This document shows positions 9,813 through 18,183 of a DNA stretch of 64,000 nucleotides, one piece after another. Position numbers and translations under genes: made by a program. The stretch is from NCBI GenBank assembly GCA_947500005.1, contig CANMQJ010000004.1, positions 3,399 through 67,398 on the forward strand, in the 5' to 3' direction. The notes below the pieces were generated by a model. That model did no database searches, was not told the origin of the DNA, and was given only the letters and a program-made list of their open reading frames with translations. The stretch is from an uncultured Rhodobacteraceae bacterium. GTDB taxonomy: Bacteria > Pseudomonadota > Alphaproteobacteria > Rhodobacterales > Rhodobacteraceae. Numbering within the stretch: the first letter of the stretch is position 1; each line of letters starts with the position of its first letter.

Positions 9813-10005
9813 GGGCCTGCCCTGATTGATCGGGTCAGTCCTGCGCGCTGGGGCCGCGCAGGTCAAGACGCCTCGCCACCTGCCCGGGCGGCAATCCTCC
9901 GACGGGTCGGCCCCCTGCATTGCAACCAAAAGATGTAATTTGCGCCGAACGCTTCACAATTGAATGGAATGGATGCAAAATTGCATCGACCAGGGGGAAA
10001 CAACC

Positions 10006-11808
10006 ATGCCAACGCTTCTTGAAATCGCCGATCAACCCGGCTTTCGGTCCGTTCTGATATCGCTCGTCGAATTCGTGGACGAAACCCTGCCCGAGTCCGA
10101 CCTGGCCGGCACGCTCAGCGATCCGCAAATCAGTCTGACCCTCTTTGCGCCCGACGACACCGCCTTCGGCAGGCTGGCGCAGGATCTGGGCTTTGCGGGC
10201 GACGTCACGGATGCGGACGCGATCACGGGTTTCCTCACCCAGACCGTTTCGGCCGAGGCGCTGCATGACATCCTCACCTATCACCTGCTCAACGGCTCGA
10301 CCCTCGCAAGCGAGCTTGAATACATGGGGTCCATCGGCACGAACCAGGGCAGCGGCCTGGAAATTGAAGCGCCCCGGCTGATCGACAGCCACCCGACCCT
10401 GGTCGACAAGGAACCCGACCTCCTCGACCCCGTCTTTTTCGGCCACGGGAACATGGCGGATAACGGTGTGCTCTACACGATCGAGCGGGTTCTGCTGCCA
10501 CTGGACCTGCCCGGTAACGACGCCCCGTCGCTCTCCGAAATCATCGCCGGCGACGGCCCCCTCGCGCAGGAGGAGTTCGAGCTGTTGAGCTCCCTGCTCT
10601 CGACGGCCGGCCTCACGGACCGGCTGGCCGACCCGCAGGCCGACTTTACCGTCTTCGCCCCCAGCGACGCGGGCTTCCTCCGTCTGGCGCAGGAGCTCGG
10701 CTATCCCGGTGAGGACGAGTCCGGCGTGGCAAGCCACCTCCTGCGCGCGCTGAACCTGCTCAGCGCGGGCAACCCCGTGCCGCTGCTGAGCGACATCTTT
10801 CTCACCCATTTCGTGGACGAGTCGCTGCAGACAGGTCAGATGTTCGAACACCAGTTCCCGACGCTCCAGGGCCGCAATGTCACGGCCGACGGTTTCCGGG
10901 TGCACGACTTCGCCGCGAACCTCTCCGATCCAGATATCGTCGATCCCGACATCCTTGCCGCCAACGGCATCCTGCACGTGATCAACGGCGTTCTGGTCCC
11001 GGTCAACGTGCTGTATTCGAATGGCCTCCAGGACGTGATGCTGCATTTCGGCGACGACGATGCCGAAGCCAACGAATTCGGCAATGACAACGACCTGATC
11101 GACGCGGGCGGCGGCAACGACTCGATCGTCGCGCACGAGGGTGACGACATCGTCATGGGTATGGAGGGCAACGACCGCCTCCTTGGCATGGCCGGCAACG
11201 ACTCGCTGCGCGGCGGTGAAGGGCGCGACCTCCTCAATGGCGGCGATGGCGATGACGACATCGCGGGCGGCGGTCTCGGCGACACGATCGTGGCTGGCGC
11301 GGGCGATGACAGCGTCTCGGGCGACATGGGCAACGACCTGCTCTATGGCGAGGGTGGCAACGACACGATCTCGGGCGGGCGCGGTGCCGATCTCCTCGCC
11401 GGGCAGTCGGGAGACGACATCCTCTCCGGCGGCGCGCTCGGCGACGATCTCTTCGGCAATGCGGGCAACGACTTCCTCAACGGCGGCACCGGGTTCGACC
11501 GGCTCAATGGCGGCGACGGCGCCGACCGTTTCTACCACGCGGGCACCGAAAGCCACGGCACCGACTGGATTCAGGATTTCGACCATGCCGAGGGCGACGT
11601 GCTGGTCTTTGGCGGTATGGCCACGGCGGAGGATTTCACCGTGCACACCACGCATACCGATCTGCCCACCCGCCCCGGCGACGCCGAGGTCGAGGAGGTC
11701 TTCGTCGATTACCAGGGCCAGGTGATCTTCGCCCTCGTCGACGGCGCCGCCAATGACAGCCTGATTTTGCGTATCGCCGACGGGACACAGTTCGACCTGT
11801 TCGCCTGA
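10006..11808 (+). CDS. secreted fasciclin (FAS1) domain / RTX calcium-binding repeat protein, paralog A
   Basis: Start at MPTLLEIADQPGF after AGGGGGA RBS; FAS1-like blocks (TLFAPDDTAF, TYHLL, VLYTIERVLLP, ILHVINGVLVP); then many GGxGxDxUx nonapeptides; no N-terminal signal peptide. Confidence 0.85.
   Translation: MPTLLEIADQPGFRSVLISLVEFVDETLPESDLAGTLSDPQISLTLFAPDDTAFGRLAQDLGFAGDVTDADAITGFLTQTVSAEALHDILTYHLLNGSTLASELEYMGSIGTNQGSGLEIEAPRLIDSHPTLVDKEPDLLDPVFFGHGNMADNGVLYTIERVLLPLDLPGNDAPSLSEIIAGDGPLAQEEFELLSSLLSTAGLTDRLADPQADFTVFAPSDAGFLRLAQELGYPGEDESGVASHLLRALNLLSAGNPVPLLSDIFLTHFVDESLQTGQMFEHQFPTLQGRNVTADGFRVHDFAANLSDPDIVDPDILAANGILHVINGVLVPVNVLYSNGLQDVMLHFGDDDAEANEFGNDNDLIDAGGGNDSIVAHEGDDIVMGMEGNDRLLGMAGNDSLRGGEGRDLLNGGDGDDDIAGGGLGDTIVAGAGDDSVSGDMGNDLLYGEGGNDTISGGRGADLLAGQSGDDILSGGALGDDLFGNAGNDFLNGGTGFDRLNGGDGADRFYHAGTESHGTDWIQDFDHAEGDVLVFGGMATAEDFTVHTTHTDLPTRPGDAEVEEVFVDYQGQVIFALVDGAANDSLILRIADGTQFDLFA
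11090..11530 (+). repeat. RTX nonapeptide (GGxGxDxUx) coding repeats inside paralog A
   Basis: GGGNDSIVAHEGDDIVMGMEGNDRLLGMAGNDSLRGGEGRDLLNGGDGDDDIAGG... gives a 27-nt periodic GGC/GAC-rich DNA. Confidence 0.8.
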
Positions 11809-11984
11809 CCGGTCCCGCACGGCCCCGACACGCACCCGCCCGCCTTTGGGCTGGAGCGGCGGCGCGTGCCCACGCCCATCGCTTCCCGGCACGATTCCGC
11901 CCATCACGCCCGCGTGAGCCATCGTGAGCGATCCACCCGTTCTTCCCCTTCGTTCAACGAACATACAACCAAGAGGAGAAGATC

Positions 11985-13775
11985 ATGCCAACGATCACCG
12001 AAATCGCCGCCGGTTCGGAAGATTTTTCCATTCTCGTCGCTGCCCTCGGCTTCGTCGACGAATCCATCCCCGACGCCAATCTTGTGAGTACGCTGGACGA
12101 CCCGGATGGGGATTTCACGGTCTTCGCCCCAACCAACGCGGGCTTCGGCGCCTTGGCCTCCGACCTGGGCTTCACCGGGGACACCACGGATACCGACGCC
12201 GTGACCGCCTTCCTCACCGCCAATGTTCCGGCCAAAACCCTGCGGGACGTGCTCACCTATCACGTCGCGGGCTCCTCGCTGAGCGCGGCCGAGATCACCC
12301 AGGCCGGAACCGTAACCACCTTGCAGGGCGGCACCGTCACGCTCGACGCGCCCACGCTGGTGGATAACGAGCCCGACCTGATCGACCCCTCGCTGACCGC
12401 CACTGACGTGGCCGCCGACAACGGCGTGATCCACGTGATCGACCGCGTGCTCCTGCCCGTGGACCTGCCGGGCAACGACGCCCCCAGCATCGCCGGCATC
12501 GTCGCCGACTCGGGCGAGATCGACGATAACGGTGCCGATTTCGACCTTCTCCTCGCCGCTGTCGGCGTCGCAGGCCTGACCGATGCCCTGAACGACCCGA
12601 ATGCCGACCTGACCGCCTTTGCACCCAATGACGCGGCCTTCATCGGGTTCGCGCAGTTGCTGGGCTATCCCGGCACCGACGAGGCGGGCGCGCTTGCCTT
12701 CATCCAGCGCGGCCTCAACCTGCTCAGCGCGGGTGACCCGGTGCCACTCCTCTCCGACGTCCTTCTCTACCACGTTGCGGGCGAGTCGCTGCAAGCCAGC
12801 CAGGTTCTGTCACGGACCGAGATCACGACGCTCCAGGGCGGTGAGATCACCGTCGACGGCACGACCCTGCGGGATCTCGACCCGGACCTGCCCGATCCCT
12901 CGATCATCGGCACCGATATCCAGGCCGCCAACGGCATCGTGCATGTGATCGATGGCGTGCTGGTTCCGGCCGACGTGCTTGCCTCCGACGGCAGCAACGA
13001 TGTCGACCTGATCCTCGGTGACGACACGGCCGAAACCTACGAGACCGGTGACGACAACGACCTGATCGATGCCGCCGGCGGCAATGACACCGTGCTGGCC
13101 GGCGACGGCAATGACATCGTCCTGGGCATGGAGGGCAATGACCGCATCCTCGGTCAGGACGGCGATGACAGCCTGCGCGGCGGCGAGGGGCTCGACATCC
13201 TCAACGGCGGCGATGGCGATGACGACATCATGGGCGGCGCTCTCAGCGACACGGTCGTGGCAGGCGACGGCAACGATACCGTCAGCGGGGATGACGGCAA
13301 CGACATCCTTTTCGGGCAGGATGGCGATGACGTGATCTCGGGCGGGCTCGGCACCGACCATGTCGCCGGCCAGGATGGCAACGACATCCTCTCCGGCGGC
13401 GCGATCGGCGACGACCTCTTCGGCAACGAGGGCGACGACTTCCTCAACGGCGGCACCGGGTTCGACCGGCTCAATGGCGGGGAAGGGTCCGACCGCTTCT
13501 ACCACGCGGGCACCGAAAGCCACGGCACCGACTGGATCCAGGATTTCGATCATGCCGAGGGCGACGTGCTGGTCTTCGGCGGTATGGCCAGCGCCGAAGA
13601 CTTCGTGGTCCACAGCGTGCATACCGACCTGCCCGAGCGCCCCGGCGACGACGCAATCGAGGAGGTCTTCGTCGACTACCAGGGCCAGGTCATCTTCGCC
13701 CTCGTCGACGGCGCAGCACTGGACAGCCTCATGATGCGGCTCGCCGACGGGACGGAGTTCGATCTGCTGGCCTGA
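11985..13775 (+). CDS. secreted fasciclin (FAS1) domain / RTX calcium-binding repeat protein, paralog B
   Basis: MPTITEIAAGSEDF start after AGAGGAGAAG RBS; same architecture as paralog A; the last ~110 aa are nearly identical to A. Confidence 0.85.
   Translation: MPTITEIAAGSEDFSILVAALGFVDESIPDANLVSTLDDPDGDFTVFAPTNAGFGALASDLGFTGDTTDTDAVTAFLTANVPAKTLRDVLTYHVAGSSLSAAEITQAGTVTTLQGGTVTLDAPTLVDNEPDLIDPSLTATDVAADNGVIHVIDRVLLPVDLPGNDAPSIAGIVADSGEIDDNGADFDLLLAAVGVAGLTDALNDPNADLTAFAPNDAAFIGFAQLLGYPGTDEAGALAFIQRGLNLLSAGDPVPLLSDVLLYHVAGESLQASQVLSRTEITTLQGGEITVDGTTLRDLDPDLPDPSIIGTDIQAANGIVHVIDGVLVPADVLASDGSNDVDLILGDDTAETYETGDDNDLIDAAGGNDTVLAGDGNDIVLGMEGNDRILGQDGDDSLRGGEGLDILNGGDGDDDIMGGALSDTVVAGDGNDTVSGDDGNDILFGQDGDDVISGGLGTDHVAGQDGNDILSGGAIGDDLFGNEGDDFLNGGTGFDRLNGGEGSDRFYHAGTESHGTDWIQDFDHAEGDVLVFGGMASAEDFVVHSVHTDLPERPGDDAIEEVFVDYQGQVIFALVDGAALDSLMMRLADGTEFDLLA
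13060..13500 (+). repeat. RTX nonapeptide coding repeats inside paralog B
   Basis: AAGGNDTVLAGDGNDIVLGMEGNDRILGQDGDDSLRGGEGLDILNGGDGDDDIMGG... Confidence 0.8.
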
Positions 13776-13835
13776 GACGCCCCGATTGTCGCCCAAGGCG
13801 AAACGATGGCATCGCCGGGGCGTCTTTGCCCCTTG

Positions 13836-13861
13836 AAAGCCGCGCTTCGGCGCGGCTTTTT
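13836..13861 (+). terminator. rho-independent terminator after RTX paralog B
   Basis: AAAGCCGCGC-TTCG-GCGCGGCTTT followed by TT; preceded by a second hairpin GGGGC-GTCTTT-GCCCC (13817-13832). Confidence 0.7.
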
Positions 13862-13946
13862 CCGCGAAAAAGCGCCTCTCTTTGCGCAATTCCGCTCGCT
13901 TCGTCAGGCTTCATGGACCAGGGGCGCAAACAGAGCGAGAGTTGAC

Positions 13947-14297
13947 ATGATGGCCAAGACCCATGCGGGCGCGACCGCGATCCGCGACTTTCCCCAAACC
14001 GCGGGCCCGGCCCGCTTCGACAGCGAAACCGCGGCCCTGCTGCGCGCGATCCTGCGGCCCGTCTTCGACGGCGCGGCCGATTGGGCGGCGCTGATGGCCG
14101 GGCTGCGCGACAAGGGCTATCGCCTGTGCATGCGCGAAGGACGCCTCTCGGTCGTCGACGCGATCAGCGGCGTGCGCATCTGCGGGCTGCGCTTCCTGGG
14201 CTACCACATGACCGACCTGGTCCGCCGCATGGGCCGTCCGGTCGTCATCGCGCGCTCGGGTCACGACGGCGACATCGTGGCGCCCGGCCACCACTAG
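13947..14297 (+). CDS. hypothetical protein (116 aa)
   Basis: ORF 13806.. trimmed to the ATGATG downstream of the terminator; GC-rich third codon positions; no recognisable motif. Confidence 0.45.
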   Translation: MMAKTHAGATAIRDFPQTAGPARFDSETAALLRAILRPVFDGAADWAALMAGLRDKGYRLCMREGRLSVVDAISGVRICGLRFLGYHMTDLVRRMGRPVVIARSGHDGDIVAPGHH

Positions 14298-14334
14298 GCG
14301 CGCCGGCCCCGCCCGCGCGCCTTGGAACCCGGGT

Positions 14335-15732
14335 TTACAGCCAGGTGTGAAAGGACCGCTTGGCCATCGGCTCCCAGTGCTCGCCGCGCACGGCGTGATG
14401 GGGCCCATAGATCTCGGCCACGCGCTTGACGGCCTCTTCCGGCGTCAGCTCCTCGCTCTCGCCCGTGCGGCGGCTGGTCAGTTCGACCACACCGTTCTTC
14501 AACCCGCGCGGCCCCACCGTGATGCGCCAGGGCAGCCCGATCAGGTCCATCGTCGCGAACTTGCCGCCCGCCCGCTCGTCGCGGTCGTCGTAAAGCGGCT
14601 CCAGCCCCACGGCCGACAGCGCCTCGTAGATCTTCGCGCAGGCCGCATCCGCCTCGTCATCCCCCTGCTTGAGGTTGACGATCCCGCAATGGAAGGGCGT
14701 CACACCCTCGGGCCAGATGATCCCCTTGTCGTCGTGGCTCGCCTCGATGATCGCCCCCACCAGGCGGCTCACCCCGATGCCGTGGCTGCCCATGTGCACC
14801 GGCACCGCCTTGCCATCGGGCCCCTGCACCGTCGCGCCCATCGGCTCGGAATACTTGGTTCCGAAATAGAAGATCTGCCCGACCTCGATGCCGCGCGCCA
14901 CGCGGCGGCGCTCCTCGGGGATCTGCTCGAACAGCGCCGCGTCATGCGTCTCGTCCGTGCGCGCATAGCGCGAGGTGAATTCCTCGAGGATGGAGCGGCA
15001 CTGGTCGCGGTCGTCATAGTCGATCTCGCGGTCGCCAAAGGTCAGCTCCGTGACCGCGCTGTCATAGAACACTTCCGACTCGCCCGTCTCGGCCAGAACC
15101 AGGAATTCATGCGTGTCATCGCCGCCGATCGGCCCTGAATCCGCCCGCATCGGAATCGCCTGCAAGCCCATCCGCTCATAGCTGCGCAGGTAGCTGACCA
15201 GGTGACGGTTATAGGCGTGCAACGCGTCTTCCTTGGTCAAGTCGAAATTGTACCCGTCCTTCATCAGGAACTCGCGCCCGCGCATCACGCCGAAACGCGG
15301 ACGCACCTCGTCGCGGAACTTCCACTGGATGTGATAAAGCGTCAGCGGCAGGTCCTTGTAGCTGCTGACATGGCTGCGGAAGATATCCGTGATCAGCTCT
15401 TCGTTGGTGGGCCCGAAAAGCATGTCGCGCTCGTGCCGGTCGCGAATGCGCAGCATCTCGGGTCCATAGGCGTCATAGCGCCCCGATTCCCGCCACAGGT
15501 CGGCCGATTGCAGCGTCGGCATCAGCATCGGGATATGTCCCGCGCGGATCTGTTCCTCGTGGACGATCTTCTCGATATTGCGAAGCACCTTGTAGCCCAA
15601 GGGCAGCCAGGAATAGATCCCCGCGCTCGCCTGCTTGATCATGCCCGCACGCAGCATCAGCCGGTGGCTGACGATCTGCGCCTCGCTGGGCGTCTCCTTG
15701 AGTACGGGCAGAAAATAACGGGACAGGCGCAT
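14335..15732 (-). CDS. proS: proline--tRNA ligase (alphaproteobacterial short type)
   Basis: [34 protein letters not shown]...; class II aaRS motifs ([28 protein letters not shown]); anticodon-binding C-terminus. Confidence 0.9.
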   Translation of the reverse strand: MRLSRYFLPVLKETPSEAQIVSHRLMLRAGMIKQASAGIYSWLPLGYKVLRNIEKIVHEEQIRAGHIPMLMPTLQSADLWRESGRYDAYGPEMLRIRDRHERDMLFGPTNEELITDIFRSHVSSYKDLPLTLYHIQWKFRDEVRPRFGVMRGREFLMKDGYNFDLTKEDALHAYNRHLVSYLRSYERMGLQAIPMRADSGPIGGDDTHEFLVLAETGESEVFYDSAVTELTFGDREIDYDDRDQCRSILEEFTSRYARTDETHDAALFEQIPEERRRVARGIEVGQIFYFGTKYSEPMGATVQGPDGKAVPVHMGSHGIGVSRLVGAIIEASHDDKGIIWPEGVTPFHCGIVNLKQGDDEADAACAKIYEALSAVGLEPLYDDRDERAGGKFATMDLIGLPWRITVGPRGLKNGVVELTSRRTGESEELTPEEAVKRVAEIYGPHHAVRGEHWEPMAKRSFHTWL

Positions 15733-15912
15733 CGGGTCTCTCTTCCTCACCGGGTCGGGCAGTTTCCACGCGGTCTAAGCCATCGCCGCGCCGCAGGCAA
15801 TCGCTGTCCCTCGTGTTGCCCGTTTCCGCATCATGCGACCGGTCGGACGGGCGAAACTTTCCAGAAGGTTGACGGCAGGCCGCTTCAAGACGACAGGCGG
15901 CCCTCGAAGCTC

Positions 15913-15993
15913 TGTACAAAACGGTCAATCGCGACAAAGGACCCGGTACAAAACGGTCAATCGGAGCAGACGACCCGGTACAAAACGAAACAG
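15913..15993 (+). repeat. phased motif array, locus 1: 3 units of GTACAAAACGG(TCAATCG) at 32-bp spacing
   Basis: GTAC cores at 15914, 15946 and 15978; units TGTACAAAACGGTCAATCG / GGTACAAAACGGTCAATCG / GGTACAAAACGAAACAG; lies in the non-coding proS-perM gap. Confidence 0.65.
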
Positions 15994-16440
15994 ATGGGAG
16001 GAAGAGCGGCCCGGCCCTCAATTTGCCAGGCCGCCCGGAACCCGCCGCGCCGACATTGGGGACAGGGGCGGCAGACTGTTGCGTCCGGGACGAAACTTGT
16101 CCCATCACCTTTTGTCTCACGGCCCTTTCCCCAAAAAGCTGCGTCGAAATCACAACGGTCACATAAGGGGTTGCTGGGCAAGGTTCACTCACGACACGGC
16201 TGGCAGACTGACGTGAAGCGGCGCCTCGCGCCAGTGCGGGTTTCCTCATATCCACGGGCGCGGCAGCACATGACTTCGGACACCTGTGGACTGACCAGAT
16301 TTTTTATCTATATTTCAATTTACTAGCCACAACCCCTCAAGCGCTCAAAGCCAAACTTCGATGTCACGGCCGCCATTCCCCTTGCATCGCGCAGCGGCAT
16401 CGGCGAAACACAAACTGGCGCCGCGGGGACAGGGATCGAC

Positions 16441-17505
16441 ATGGCATTGCCGGTAAAAGAGCAAGTCAGCTACTGGGGCGTCGCCGCAGTGGTGTTCGTC
16501 GTGATCCTGTGGTTTCTCGGTGACGTGCTGCTGCCCTTCGTCATCGGTGGCGGCATCGCCTATTTCCTCGATCCGGTGGCCGACCGGCTGGAGCGCTGGG
16601 GCTTCTCCAGAATCGCCGCAACGGCAACGATTACAATAGGTTCCATCCTGATCTTCGTGCTTGCCATCCTGATGGTCCTGCCCACGCTGATCAGCCAGAC
16701 GCTTGCCCTGATCGACACCATGCCGAAGGTCTTCAGCGATCTGCGCGCCTTCCTGGACGAGAATTTCCCCGCCCTTCAGGACAGCAATTCCAGCGCCCGG
16801 CAGGCGCTGGCGCGCGTCGCCGAGACGCTGACCGCGAAATCCGGCGAACTGGTGCAGACGCTGCTGAACTCGGCCGGAAACGCCATCAACATCGTGGTGC
16901 TTCTGGTCATCGTCCCCGTCGTCGCCATCTACATGCTGCTCGACTGGGACCGTATGGTGGCCGAGATCGACAAGCTGCTGCCCCGCGACCACGCACCGAC
17001 CATCCGCCGCCTGGCCCGCGACGTGGATCGGACACTGGCCTCCTTCGTGCGGGGCATGGGAACGGTTTGTCTCATACTTGGAACGTATTACGCGGTGGCC
17101 TTGATGCTGGTCGGGCTACAATTCGGCCTTGTGGTCGGGTTCATCGCGGGGCTGCTGACCTTCATCCCCTATCTCGGGGCATTGATCGGCGGGGTGCTGG
17201 CGATCGGGCTTGCCCTGTTCCAGTTCTGGGGCGACTGGCTCAGCATCGTGCTGGTCGCGGCGATCTTCCAGGTCGGCCAACTGGTCGAGGGCAATTTCCT
17301 GACGCCCAAGCTGGTGGGGGACTCGGTCGGGCTGCACCCGGTCTGGTTGCTCTTTGCGCTGTCCGTCTTCGGCGCACTTTTCGGTTTCGTCGGGCTGCTG
17401 GTCGCGGTACCCGTGGCCGCTGCGCTGGGCGTTCTGGCCCGGTTCGGCGCACAGCAATATCTCCACAGCCGCCTTTACAAGGGCTTGGAACAGGACCAGG
17501 ACTGA
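16441..17505 (+). CDS. AI-2E family (PerM/UPF0118) membrane transporter
   Basis: 354 aa, about 8 TM helices; LLPFVIGGGIAYFLDPVADRLER and C-terminal GxxGxxLAVP patterns typical of the family. Confidence 0.85.
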   Translation: MALPVKEQVSYWGVAAVVFVVILWFLGDVLLPFVIGGGIAYFLDPVADRLERWGFSRIAATATITIGSILIFVLAILMVLPTLISQTLALIDTMPKVFSDLRAFLDENFPALQDSNSSARQALARVAETLTAKSGELVQTLLNSAGNAINIVVLLVIVPVVAIYMLLDWDRMVAEIDKLLPRDHAPTIRRLARDVDRTLASFVRGMGTVCLILGTYYAVALMLVGLQFGLVVGFIAGLLTFIPYLGALIGGVLAIGLALFQFWGDWLSIVLVAAIFQVGQLVEGNFLTPKLVGDSVGLHPVWLLFALSVFGALFGFVGLLVAVPVAAALGVLARFGAQQYLHSRLYKGLEQDQD

Positions 17506-18183
17506 ATGGCGCATCAGCTGAGCTTCGACCTGCCCGCCAAGACTGCGCTGGGCCGCGAGGATTTCTATGTCTCGCCCGCGAACGCGCTTGCCGTGGCGAT
17601 GATCTCGGCCACGACCTGGCCCGGCGGCAAACTGACGCTGAGCGGACCTGCGGGCAGCGGCAAGACCCATCTCGTCCATGTCTGGGCCGCGGAAACCGGG
17701 GCCCGGATCTTGCAGGCCACCACCCTGACCGAGGCCGCGATTCCCGACCTCGCCACCGGCCCCGTCGCGATCGAGGACGTGCCTGACATCGCCGGCGACG
17801 CCGAGCGCGAGGCGCTGCTTTTTCACCTGCACAACCTTGCCCTGGCCCAGGGGCAGGCGCTGCTTTTTACCGGACGTGGCGCCTCCTCCGGCTGGGGCCT
17901 TGCCCTGCCGGACCTGGCCAGTCGCATCGCCGCAGCCCATCACGTCGCGATGGAGCCGCCCGACGATGCGCTGCTCTGCGCGGTGCTTGCCAAGCTCTTC
18001 GCCGACCGTCAGTTGAACCCGAAACCCGACGTCATCCCCTATCTGGCACGTCACATGGATCGCAGCTTCGAGGCCGCCGCGCGCATCGTGGCACGGCTCG
18101 ACAGCGTCGGCCTTGCGGAAAAGCGGGAGATCAGCCGCGCGCTGGCCATCGACCTTCTGAACCGGGACAGTGACGATGATTGA
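17506..18183 (+). CDS. hdaA: DnaA-related regulatory protein HdaA
   Basis: N-terminal QLSFDL clamp-binding-like motif, Walker A GPAGSGKTHL, DnaA domain III-like; the ATG immediately follows the perM stop. Confidence 0.8.
   Translation: MAHQLSFDLPAKTALGREDFYVSPANALAVAMISATTWPGGKLTLSGPAGSGKTHLVHVWAAETGARILQATTLTEAAIPDLATGPVAIEDVPDIAGDAEREALLFHLHNLALAQGQALLFTGRGASSGWGLALPDLASRIAAAHHVAMEPPDDALLCAVLAKLFADRQLNPKPDVIPYLARHMDRSFEAAARIVARLDSVGLAEKREISRALAIDLLNRDSDDD

Noticed and set aside
9835-11964. 709-aa ORF antisense to RTX paralog A (and the similar 12810-13889 ORF antisense to paralog B)
   Set aside because: It is the mirror image of GGC/GAC-rich RTX codons. The translation is a low-complexity V/A/D/R repeat, it extends across both intergenic flanks, and there is no RBS or plausible domain. 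This is a typical shadow ORF of high-GC DNA.
15913-15993. Possibility that the GTAC arrays are mini-CRISPR arrays or MITE ends
   Set aside because: Each array has only three units, with 13-17-nt spacers, and there are no cas genes. The flanks of the three loci share no similarity and show no target-site duplications. Operator or iteron-like sites fit better.
15957-16181. 74-aa Cys-rich ORF (CDRCD...CRPCPQCRRG) in the proS-perM gap
   Set aside because: It uses a TTG start. Third-codon-position GC is only about 60%, against about 85-90% in real genes here, and it overlaps the motif array. It is probably non-coding.
16248-16326. Chromosomal replication origin (oriC)
   Set aside because: There are only two imperfect DnaA-like boxes and one short AT-rich run. 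There is no cluster of boxes and none of the usual oriC neighbour genes. I treat it as a possible DnaA-regulated promoter instead.
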